Shown in pieces: positions 41,030 to 61,000 of a DNA stretch of 64,000 nt; the first letter of the stretch is position 1; each line of letters begins with the position of its first letter. The DNA is from Amoebidium appalachense (taxonomy: Eukaryota > Protista > Ichthyosporea): positions 7,450,830 through 7,514,829 of the forward strand of contig CAVNZM010000008.1 in the NCBI GenBank assembly GCA_963693365.1, given 5' to 3'. The notes under the pieces are model-generated. The model worked only from the letters and a program-made list of their open reading frames with translations, was not told the DNA's origin and did not search any database. The translations under genes and the position numbers were made by a program.

Positions 41030-42127
41030 TTATTTTGACGTCACAGGCAATCGGGGACCAATCGGCACTATGGATCTGTGTGTGTGCAGAGGTGTGGCGG
41101 CCCAGCCCAGCCCAGCCCAAACAGCGAGTGGGCTGAGACCCTCGGTTTGGTGCTTGGCACGACGAGCAACAGCACAGCCAGGTTCTGGGCATGATGTGAT
41201 GTGGTGGGGTTCATGGCAGTAGGAACACTCCACTCTCTTGTTGTTGTGCTGTCGGTTACGGTTGTCCCTGTTACCACGGGGGGAAGGGGAAGTTGAACGG
41301 GGGCCGGGTGACTTGGAGGACGGACGAGGATCACGGGAACGGGACGGAGAACGGTGAGGTGTATGCTCACGTCGAGGGATACGGTTACGGAGGTCACCGG
41401 GGGGAAGCACTCGGCTCTGAAGTGCACGAAGGGGACGGTTGTTCACGGTTGCACCAGTGCCTGCGTCGATGAGGCCGGCACGGATTTCAGCTCCTCGGAT
41501 GTCACTGATGAGCTGGTTGAAGGACGGGTAGGCCTTGTTGTTCATCCAGTAGTCGGAGCAGAGACGTTCAATGTCAGTGCAGACCAGGGCGGTGTTCTTG
41601 CGGAGGTGACGGAAGAACTTACGTACAACATCCTTGTGCTGGACGGGCTCGTCGAGGCAGGCAAGTGTCGTAGCCAGACGTTGGAGGCGGGTGAGGTACG
41701 CTGTGACGTTGGGGTAGTCTCGTAGTTCAAGCTCCTCGTAGGTGACTTGAATCTGAGTGACTCGGGCCTCCTTCTCTGCCACATACGCCATACGCAGGTT
41801 GTGGAAGACTTCTCCACCGTGAACACCGTCTTGCATCCGGCCGGAGTCGTAGAGCTCGGTCGGATGGACGGACTGGTTGAGGATCTGGTCGAGGACGTCG
41901 GAAGCTTTCTTGTAGGAGTCCTTGGTGCCGTAGCCTAGCCACTGGTTGGCTTCAGTGCCGTCAACCCATTGTGGCCTCTTGATAGCGTCAACGAATTTCT
42001 CGGCAATGGTTGTTCTTATGAACCGGTGGATGAGTGGCTCCCACTCGAAATAATTGAGACGTTTCTCATCTCTTTTCTCTGACGGATTCCATATTGGAAG
42101 GTTGATGTACGACGGTTTGTCAGTCAT
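41030..42127 (-). CDS. LTR-retrotransposon Gag (Copia-like), uninterrupted ORF, 365 aa, with a C-terminus read from foreign sequence
   Basis: MTDKPSY... start, gag-type segment VTAYLTRLQRLATTLACLDEPVQHKDVVRKFF, RS-rich linker and zinc knuckle CSYCHEPHHITSC. No protease/RT/integrase follows; after ~41136 the frame runs into the (GCCCA)n/TIR end. Confidence 0.85.
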   Translation of the reverse strand: MTDKPSYINLPIWNPSEKRDEKRLNYFEWEPLIHRFIRTTIAEKFVDAIKRPQWVDGTEANQWLGYGTKDSYKKASDVLDQILNQSVHPTELYDSGRMQDGVHGGEVFHNLRMAYVAEKEARVTQIQVTYEELELRDYPNVTAYLTRLQRLATTLACLDEPVQHKDVVRKFFRHLRKNTALVCTDIERLCSDYWMNNKAYPSFNQLISDIRGAEIRAGLIDAGTGATVNNRPLRALQSRVLPPGDLRNRIPRREHTPHRSPSRSRDPRPSSKSPGPRSTSPSPRGNRDNRNRQHNNKRVECSYCHEPHHITSCPEPGCAVARRAKHQTEGLSPLAVWAGLGWAATPLHTHRSIVPIGPRLPVTSK

Positions 42128-43174
42128 GGTTGAAGCAGTAAGACGGAGGGATTTCGCGGTTGTAACGAGATTGTGTGTTAGCGTGCAAAGGGGCCGTAAA
42201 CCTGTTATTTTGTGTGGGTAAACGGAGAAGCAGAGAGCACAGATGGGTGTTATGTTATACACAACACAGAGACACACGGGAGAAACACAACCGGAGAGGT
42301 GGAACGATTACTGGGGCAATGAATACGACTGCTTGATATTTATTCCAAGATGATGTCCCTTTTATACTTGGGAATGTGAAATCGATAAACCAATCAAAAG
42401 AACGAAAACTCTATATTCCAATCAGAAAGACGAAAACTATGAGTGTAAAATATATCGATCGAAATGTCTGTCGACACATAAAAGATAAAACGCAATCCTC
42501 TAATGAAAGTAACTTCTAATAAAAACACGGAAACATTTAACAAAATGAAACCACTTATGTAACTATTAGTTCACATCATACATTTATACATGTTCTTAAC
42601 ATAACACGTCTAAATATAATTATTCCTAATAGTTGGAGAACATAGCACAATGCTACGTCGTGGGAAAGGAAGGAAAGGAATGGGAAAGGAATGTAAGTTA
42701 CTATATTTGGGAAAATACAATCGAGATCTGATTGGACGACATATTTAGATATTGACACAAACGACAATACGTGTGCGCGAGCTAAATATCTCGATATGCA
42801 CACAGATCTAAGATATCGGTGTACACGGAAACAGAAAGGAAAGAAAGAAAGAAAGAAAGGAAGAAAGGAAAAGGGAAAAGGAAACAAACTACAACAAACT
42901 AATAAACAAATATAAAACTCAACTTCTAAGTCTTGCCGTGAATCATGGGAAGATGACAGTTCCCCCTATACCACCCCTATGTTTTTCTGTTAGGACCCCC
43001 TAGAATAACCTTTTTTAAAATATTTGAGTCTTTCGGTTCGCCTTCCACCGACGAAGTTTGCGCAACCAAGCCTTCCATATATGGTAGTCGTCCGAGCCCA
43101 AACCCAGCCCAGCCCAGCCCAAAAAAGTGACGGGCTGGGCTGGGCCCTGCCCAAAACCCGTCGCCACAGGTCTG
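41087..43174. mobile_element. hAT-like non-autonomous DNA transposon containing a Copia fragment
   Basis: Imperfect TIRs CAGAGGTGTGGCG / CGCCACAGGTCTG, (GCCCA)n subterminal repeats at both ends (41100-41120, 43095-43153), and 8-bp TGTGTGTG on each side (a TSD within a TG tract, so ambiguous). Confidence 0.65.
42191..42606 (-). mobile_element. Copia-type 5' LTR and primer-binding site
   Basis: On the minus strand ...AATAACA (42203) is immediately followed by GGTTTACGGCCC, similar to the copia internal tRNA-iMet PBS GGTTATGGGCCC. TATAAAAG and AATAAA lie inside. The 5' TGTTA boundary is at 42542 or 42606. Confidence 0.7.
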
Positions 43175-43188
43175 TGTGTGTGTGTGTG

Positions 43189-43224
<36 letters not shown>

Positions 43225-43616
43225 AACAGAAAATTTGAATGATGTGAGTATACTGAGCCAAGCCCAGTACACTACGCAGCTACTCGAGACACTGACTATT
43301 CATGTGGATTCAGAACTGCCCATGGATTGGTGGGCCGGTATATTTATAAATGCAGCAGAAACAACGAACAGACCCTGTAAAAAACAGATATTCAACGTTC
43401 AAAAACTGCCTCAGTAGCCTGTTAACGTGTAACCCCCCACCAAATAATTATCCAAATTTGGGAAATAACGTTTCCTGGTGCTGTTTTTCTTTTGGTTAAT
43501 GGCAATCAGATGTGGGTACTAAGACCATACACACTCAAGGCTTACAGACCATGACCTTAGAAGCTACAATGCGTATATGCCTGTGCTTTTTGACCATTAA
43601 CCAACGTAAACCAAAC

Positions 43617-43670
<54 letters not shown>

Positions 43671-44028
43671 TTCCATAATCTTAAGTTTCCCCTGGCTTTG
43701 CTACGGTACTACCCTGCTTTTTTTCAGAAAAAGTCTTATAATTATTGATGGGTAATCACAATGGAGAATACTAACCCACCAAACTCATGGGGTGGGGCGA
43801 TCATCATGATGTCGATGAAGAGGGGTCTGCTGTGACTGTTTTACAAGGTGGGGTTCTCAGGGCATGGGTGCAGACACTATTATGTGTGCGGGCGCAGCAG
43901 GCTATCATGTGATCGTTTTGCGCGATTGACCCGATATCAACCCATTCCAGCATTGAAATTTGCAAGCCCTACAATAGCCCAGTGAGATTGATTTTGCAGG
44001 ACCCGGTGACGCTCAAAGCATATCTATA

Positions 44029-44194
44029 GGAGCCTGTTGTCGTAAAGGTCTTGCGTGCTGGTAAGGTGCCTGTTGTCGTGACCATCTTGTGTGCGGGTAA
44101 GGAGCCTGTTGTCGTAAACGTCTTGCGTGCTGGTAAGGTGCCTGTTGTCGTGACCATCTTGTGTGCGGGTAAGGAGCCTGTTGTCGTAAACGTC
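44029..44194. repeat. Minisatellite with alternating 36-bp A/B units (72-bp higher-order repeat)
   Basis: GGAGCCTGTTGTCGTAAA.GTCTTGCGTGCTGGTAA and GGTGCCTGTTGTCGTGACCATCTTGTGTGCGGGTAA at 44029, 44065, 44101, 44137 and a partial copy at 44173. Confidence 0.9.
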
Positions 44195-45136
44195 TAGTGT
44201 GCCTGTGGGTAAAGAGACTGCATATTAATTTACTAAATAAAATAATATCACAATGTGACAAGAAAAACTTAATTCACAGCTATGAGGCACACACCTAGAA
44301 GCAGTGTCAACCATGCAAGCAAGCTTCACCAGCCATCCCACACTCTCGCTATAATTGCGCCTTTCTTCCTGGTGAAGCCCATTATTATGATTTCGGTTTG
44401 TTCCTTATGCGGTGTTTGTGCCATGATGGATGGGATAAAGAGCCAGGAAGGGTATGTAGGGCGGCGGAGGCAGGGGGGGGGGGGGGGGGGGGGTCTAGTG
44501 AGTTATTATTAGAAGGAGAGCAAGGTGGGTGGATGCTTTGAGAAAAGAACTGTAGGTAGCCTGGCAAGGTACGAGTGAATAGGCTACATATGCGTGACGC
44601 ACGCATAATAAGGGTCACGGGGGGGACGGGTAAAGGGGCACCCACCGTCAATGGATACTAGGCTTCCTCCTTCAGGGAATGTAACGACACTCTGGCTGCC
44701 CGACCCGGGGGGGTTGAATTGTACGTAGCCCTCCGGATCCCTTTCAACCTAATAAATTACGTGGTCAGTCTGACAGCCTACACAGCTGATACTTTAATAC
44801 AACCGTACATGCCACAAACTTAGCAATAGAATCGTTTACACTTCGGAATCCATTGCTATGGTGTGTGTATGTGTGCCGACTCTTTGGCTTATCAAATTAT
44901 ACTTGGCAAAGTGCTACCTCCGAATACAACCAAATGAAAGGACACCATTGATACTACAATATAACAGAAGGTAAATAGACATATATCCGATATACTAGAC
45001 TACTATTTGAATAAATGTACAACTTATAGGTTGGCCAAAAAAAAAAAGGGAGAGGGAGAGAGGAGACAAAGGAGAAGGGGAAAAATTACTGCAAAAACTA
45101 CAGTGTCACTACGACTATTAGGTATCGGCAGCGTTG

Positions 45137-54405
<9,269 letters not shown>

Positions 54406-54942
54406 TCTGAGCTTGGTAACGAAGCCGTGAACCCTCTTTACAGAATTCTGGCCGCCGGACCAGATAACAGGTGGCCCACCAGTTACAACGTTAACTCAGC
54501 TGCAGCTGCAGGCAAAAAAGACATCCATATGGCACCGTGGCGGCACGCCCCGGACCAGTTAAAATAGATTGTGTGTTCAATGAAATTGTGTGTTCAATGA
54601 GGCCCCACACAGCTGCATGCTGGCGCTGCATGCGCAGTTCGGTTATTGGAAGTTTCGAAGTCTAGCTAGTGAAGACTCGTGATCATGATCATGAACGGAT
54701 CGAGACTGTGTGTGACAAGGCAAGGCTGTCCTCGGAATGAGATGGAGCCAAATTTAAATAGGGACTATGTAGCCTGGCTTCTCACCTTGACAAATGAGCC
54801 CGCACAATCGTAATCTGCCGAAAATAGTTGTACCCAATCACATTGTGCCTCCAGGCTCCGAGGCTCAGGGTTGGAACCGTATTGCTGTTGAGCTTCAACC
54901 ATCAACACCGCCTAAAATGGGGGGCCCTTGGGGAGCATGCGC

Positions 54943-56382
54943 ATCAAAATGGTTTGCTTCAGGGATCTCTCAGTCCACTTTTGTTCAATATTTTCATAGA
55001 TGATTTAGCAGTCGAACTAGGAAAACTTCCTGTAGATACACCCCTCCCCTTTCCCCCTGCTCTCCTGTATGCTGACGATGTGTGCCTTCTTTCCCACTGC
55101 CCGCGCCGTTTGCAACGTTTGTTCAATGTAGTCACACAATGGGGAAGGGTGAATCTCATGGAAGCTAACATTACTAAATCTGGTGTTATTGTCCCTCGCC
55201 CGGTCTCACTCTCCCCCCTCCCCCAACAAAGCTTTTTTCTTTTCGACACACTTGTCCCTGTGAAGCTGTGTTACAAGTACCTTAGTGTCCCTATAAATGC
55301 AGATGGTATTATGTTTATGTATAAGTATGATGCGCGCCAGGGTTGCTAGTGCTAGACGACAATTGAATTTGTTTCGCGGTAACCATTTCCGTAGCATCCC
55401 CGTGCACCCCCTTAATCGTATTGTTTTCATTCGCACCTTCATCCTTCCCACCGGTGAATATGGTTTGCCCTAAGCTTGCTAGCTGCACTGCATGATGATG
55501 ATATTATAGAAACACTTGAACCGTTTACTGATTTCTTGTGTCGTGATGTTTCCTCCTTCTTGGGTGCAGGGTGTGGGAAAGGTATATCTGTCCCGGTCAT
55601 TTGTTCTATGTTTGGTCTCGTCCCAACACGTGCACGCCTCACCTACCTCGCACTCAAATTCCACCTACACCTAGATGCACTCAGACGCATTTTCCCTCAC
55701 TATCCTCTTTTTTCTCTGCCTGCACGTTGCTCTTCCCTCCCTCCTTCTTCTCCCTCTCTCTCTCTCTCCCTCCCCCCATTCCCAACCCAATTACCTTCTC
55801 TTTCCCAAATACTCCACCCTTCCGGGCCCATTGTGAAGGAATATATTGTGTGGAGTCGCATTCCTGTAGAGATTAGACCAGATGACAGTAGGCACTTGGA
55901 ATGGCTAGCTGTAATTGACCGTTTTCTATACAATTATCGTCTGACCCAGCTCTCTGATTACGCAACAAACACACAGCTCCTCCCTAAATATATGTATAAT
56001 ACCAATCGTAGTGGCGAATCGCTGATTGATAGTTTTATATCTGAACTACCATACTCATACTGTGTACGTGCTATTCAATGGAGATGTAAAAGGTATAAAG
56101 TGATTAAGTTTCGGTGCCCGTCTAATGTTAACACACCACACGAGTTCAAACGTACCTGTGTCGATAGATGTGATTTGCTTACAACCTGCAGTATACCCGT
56201 TGAGATATACAATGAGTACAATAATGTACGTAACTGCGACTTTCTGAAAGATTTTCCTAACTTCACGATTCTTGATTTTTTACTTAACTCCGGCGACTTC
56301 CTTCTGTTCCAAAAATGTATGGATTATCTAGAAGAGTATTTACAAAACGTGTAGCACCCAAAAAAAAAGAAAAAAAGAAAAA
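54943..56382 (+). mobile_element. 5'-truncated, frameshifted non-LTR retrotransposon (LINE) RT/C-terminal region with A-rich tail
   Basis: GLLQGSLSPLLFNIFIDDL, LLYADD and YKYL, then TFILPTGEYG in a second frame, then a third frame (55476-56354) with a Cys-containing C-terminus. An A-rich tract follows at 56360-56382. Confidence 0.9.
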
Positions 56383-57180
56383 GGGGGGGGGGGGGGGGTG
56401 TTTGAAGCCTATAATATTGTCTAACTCGGTTTCTATTTAAGCTTTTGCTATATACTCTGTAACCCGTTGGGGAGTGACTGTTGGCCAGGTGCCACAGCAT
56501 CGTATCACAGCTTCAGCTTTAAGTCGATAATAAACAGCACATTCCCCCATGCGCATCACGAATTCGAAAGGCTACAACAGAGATAGAATTGCTAGATAGA
56601 ATGGCATGATTACAAGCCCTGGTCAGTGGGCGGGGCTCGATATTGCACATGAGAAAAGCTGGAGGAAAGTTCTTGAACAGAAATATATATATAGTCGATC
56701 ATCGACTCATGATGTACACGAAAGCTGTTACGACGGCACCCTAGTTAGCCTTACCCGTATCAGGGTCTCCCGTTAATCGTAAATACGACGAATTTTTTAT
56801 CACACATAATTGACGACAGCACTGAATTAGATGTTCAAGAGCTGTAGCTGAGCGAGGACGTAAATGATCATGATGGTCACAGTTTTAGAACCGTAATATT
56901 GGTTCGTTTTCCCCCATTTTTGCTTACTACCGTGCCCTGGGCGACCAATCATTTACGAATGTCGCACTGTTATGGATGATGAAATGATTGGCTATAGGTA
57001 GATTACATGATGATCGATATCCATAATGTGAATCATGTGATTGGTGTTGCAACTGCAGGGCAGGGCCTCATGAACAGTCTGAAAGTCTGTCTGTTATAGG
57101 CCCGGGTAGATCTAGCCTATAGCACGGCCATCTAGAAACATCTCTAGATGGCCGTGATCTATAGCCTGCCTTCCGAAGCC

Positions 57181-57307
57181 TTTTGAATTGACCTGGGTAT
57201 GACTCTGGCACGTACTGACGGTGCCTGGGCTGCTTTGAAATTAATCTTTTTGAATTGACCTGGGTATGACTCTGGCACGTACTGACGTTGCCTGGGCTGC
57301 TTTGAAC
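57181..57307. repeat. Tandem direct duplication, ~60-bp unit, 67-bp period
   Basis: TTTTGAATTGACCTGGGTATGACTCTGGCACGTACTGACG.TGCCTGGGCTGCTTTGAA occurs twice. Confidence 0.9.
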
Positions 57308-57380
57308 TTGCCGTTCGCCTCACACCCATTTTTCCTTACACTCTCGCGACCGCGCGCACTTGTGTTTGTGTGTGTGTGTA

Positions 57381-57549
<169 letters not shown>

Positions 57550-57621
57550 TGTTCGTACGTGCGTGCCTGTGTGTGTGTGTGTCTGTGTGTGTGTGTCTGT
57601 GTGTGTGTGTGTGTGTGTGTG

Positions 57622-57701
<80 letters not shown>

Positions 57702-58021
57702 ACACACGCACACACATACACCAAACCGCCCCCCCCCGCCCCCAAAACACAAACGGACACACACTCACTCACACACAAACAAAAAGCACAAACGGGTACA
57801 GGCCGACCCCAAACAGATGCACTTAGTACTAGACCAGACCAACAGAACGAAGCTAACGGAGCAGCGGTAGTGCTTCAAACACCTCTCTACACGTACTTCC
57901 CCCCCCCCCCCCCCCCCCCCTCACTCCCTTCCATCCCCCCCTTTGCTGTCTGAAAGCATTGTTACCTCCGTAGGATCCTTCTTTGCAACACCCCCACCGG
58001 CCCCAGGGTCATCTCAACCGC

Positions 58022-61000
58022 TTACCACCTGCCCGAAACCCACCCACACCACACTACAAAAAAACTCACACGAAACAGACAAATAATGGGCCGTGGGGAG
58101 GGGAGGGGGGGGGGTGGGGGGTGGGGGGGGAGTGAAACTGGCTCCACGCAAGAGGGGGAGTAAGCGGAGGGGGGCCGGGGAGAGAGAGGAGGAGGAAGAT
58201 ACCTCAGTAAGGCGGCTGTCAGAGTGTTACACGAGGCGAGTATGCGTAGAGTGGCTTGGACATCTGTAGGCACACTTGCGTAAAAACCATCGACAAGTTG
58301 GCCACTCTGACGGAGCTTCGCGCTCAAGGCGATGGTGGACTCAGTGTAAACAGTTGGACTAGTTAGGATAAGGCAGAGTACAACTGAATCAAAATAAAGA
58401 CAGAGAACGGGTAGAAAGGCACACGCGGCCAGGTTGCGTTTACTATGGGCCGACTCAGTCTGTCTCAGACTTCACTGATGTGATCCCCGTACTGGGACGG
58501 CTTTCTTATATAGCCCCCAGGTTTCGGATCAAGGCCCAGGATTGGTTCATCCGCGGCCAGCGCGGGTGGCAACATGCCATTCGTGATTCTGGTGCGGTCC
58601 GAGCCAGTCAGACCTTCGTCCTATTTATGCAAACCTCTTATTGGTTCACTTCGTTTATGTGGTATGAAGCGGAAGAACCATATATGGTTCAATTCTTAGG
58701 TCAGAGTGAGTCCTATTGGTGCGGACATAATATTTATGTGATATTCATGACAAAGCACGAATCGTGTGCTAGTAGATCACATTCTTTAGTAAACATGTAC
58801 AGTTCATGTGTACAGTTGTTTACACTCCCCCCCTTGTTGGGAGCCTGGTGGTGTCGTTAGACAAGCAAACCACCAGGCTGAGAGGCGATAAACAACCTTC
58901 AGCGAGAATTCTCGTGCGCCGACCTGCTGGGCAGAACAGAGCAAGGACGGTTGAATAGAGTTGTGCACGTCTATGAGCACTTCTTCATTTGCCAAAACGT
59001 AAATTCATGCAGCATTCTTCTGTGATTTCATTTTCGTGGCGAAGATTATTGCAGAGTGTGTGTGCGAATAATTCGCTAAGCCTTCGTCTCTGTGCTTGGC
59101 TTTTCTGTAGAAGTAGTATTTTCCTTTTTGGGAATTTTTCCTTTTTAGGATACTCCCGCAGATTCGTTTTCAATTGCGAGTAATTTGGTTGTGTGGATGA
59201 ATGATCATACCAAACATTCGATAATGAATATAACTCAAGCCTTAGGTCACTTCGTAGCTCAGGTAGTGGTGGATAGCTTCAAGGCTTAGCCGCTGCTCCT
59301 TATCCCGGTTCTACCTTAAGACTGTAAGCCGAGATACCATGGCCGGAAAAGCCACTTCTTTCATGAACAAAGAGCACTTCTTTCCTTTCAGCTTTAACCC
59401 TGCATCATCGGAGCTGGGAAAAACAGAATAAAAATGCCCAAGTGTTCTTCGTTGGGCGACATAAAGAAATATATCAGCCCGTCAGAATTCGAACCAGTAA
59501 AAACCCAGTTCATAATTCATAAGAAGAGGGTAGGCAAAGCAAACCTTCTTCAGAAAACACATGCTTCCATTCGTGAGCAGTTTTCGTATCCCATTTGCCA
59601 GCCATTTTCGTTGAGCAGGGGGATTCCAGGCATAATACATTCTTCTGGAGGCTTGGCCTAAAAAGAAAAGTCGTCACAGTCGCCCTTTCTTTTGTAAGCA
59701 ACTTCGTGAGCGCGCTTCGTGTTTTCATATCCTCCAGTGCAGGTCTGGATGGTGCCCCATCCTCTGCTTCATTTGTAGGTGGCCCTACTGTAGGTTCTGT
59801 TCGTTGTGTGGAATACCAAAACCATTCGTATTCGTGGAACTGCTTTGTGCTGTGCTTTCTTTCGTGTTGGTGTTCATGAAGTTACCCAATTCACACACCT
59901 ACTGCTTTCATACATCAGACGTAAGTAGCTGCCTGGGGAGTGTGTGGTTCGTGTTCGTGGCATTCTTCTGTTCCTTCGTGAGAAGAATATTCGTTTTAGC
60001 AGAGGTGCCCAATAAGGCAGCTTGTGGGGTTGTCTCCCGCATGTGCCCATTGGTGGGGTATGCACGTGCTAAATTGTTACAGTGTCATCATATTGCAAGG
60101 GAATAACATGGTCACCTCCGTACCAGGGCCTAGGTACACATGATGGTCCGATGTGTTAGTCAACAACACCTTGCATTCGTATTCGTATTCGTCTTCCACG
60201 TCACTTTCTTCAGTAGTGAAGGAGGGTATTCGTAATTCGAAACTGAAAGGCTTCCAGCCAAAATACTGACACTGTATGCTGGGGTTGTGAGGGAACGGTG
60301 CCCATACCACATTCTTTTGTTTTCTTTATTCTGGTGGGGGTGTGCCGGCAGCAATTTTATTTTGCATGCGGGTATTCCAGGCTTTACAGCATAGTTCGTA
60401 TGGTTTAGTATTTGTACAGTATTGCCACACACTGGCAGTTACCTGTAAATTCGTACCCCACAGCTTCGTTTGTTTCGCATGCACGAACAAAAGTTCTGCA
60501 TCGACTTTATTACATGCCTTCTGTGCACCAAGAGTGCAAATTCGTTGGGGCATGGCACCAGGAAGGGCCATACATGAGGCATATGTTCGTAATGTGTTTA
60601 CTAAGGCATGCCAGCATACGTTCATGCGCATGTTGTGCATCCTGTGCGCTAAACTATGGGGCATGCTGTATTCGACAACAGCAAGAAATTCGAAGCATGC
60701 ATGCAAAACTACTTTCACAGCACCTTATGTCCTACATGCTATAGGAACAGCGACTATCTTCTTCTTTAAATGCATTCGTGCTGAAAGTGGCCGTGCATCT
60801 GGCTTGCGAGTGTGGACGTGCATGCGGTGGCATGGACACGATGGCAGTGTGCAATAGCGCAATGCACGCAAGGGCAACGGTTTTATTTTCTTCCTAACAT
60901 AGAGGGGGCTGTGTGCATTGCAACCCAAGCAGTGTTGTGCATTCGTTCTTTCATTTTCGTATTTCCAATTCATTTTGCTTTCGTTTTTCGTTTTTTGTCG

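Noticed and set aside
44029-44194. 36-bp repeats resembling a CRISPR array
   Set aside because: Units are contiguous and alternate A/B with no unique spacers; there are no cas genes and the context is eukaryotic.
57105-57165. Helitron 3' end (hairpin plus CTAG)
   Set aside because: The CTAG is not followed by the expected target T, and no matching 5' TC end or Rep/Hel ORF was found.
58480-58860. Duplicated 126/149-aa ORF (also 61588-62037)
   Set aside because: It lies within the LTRs, antisense to the element, with a GTG start and no recognisable domain.
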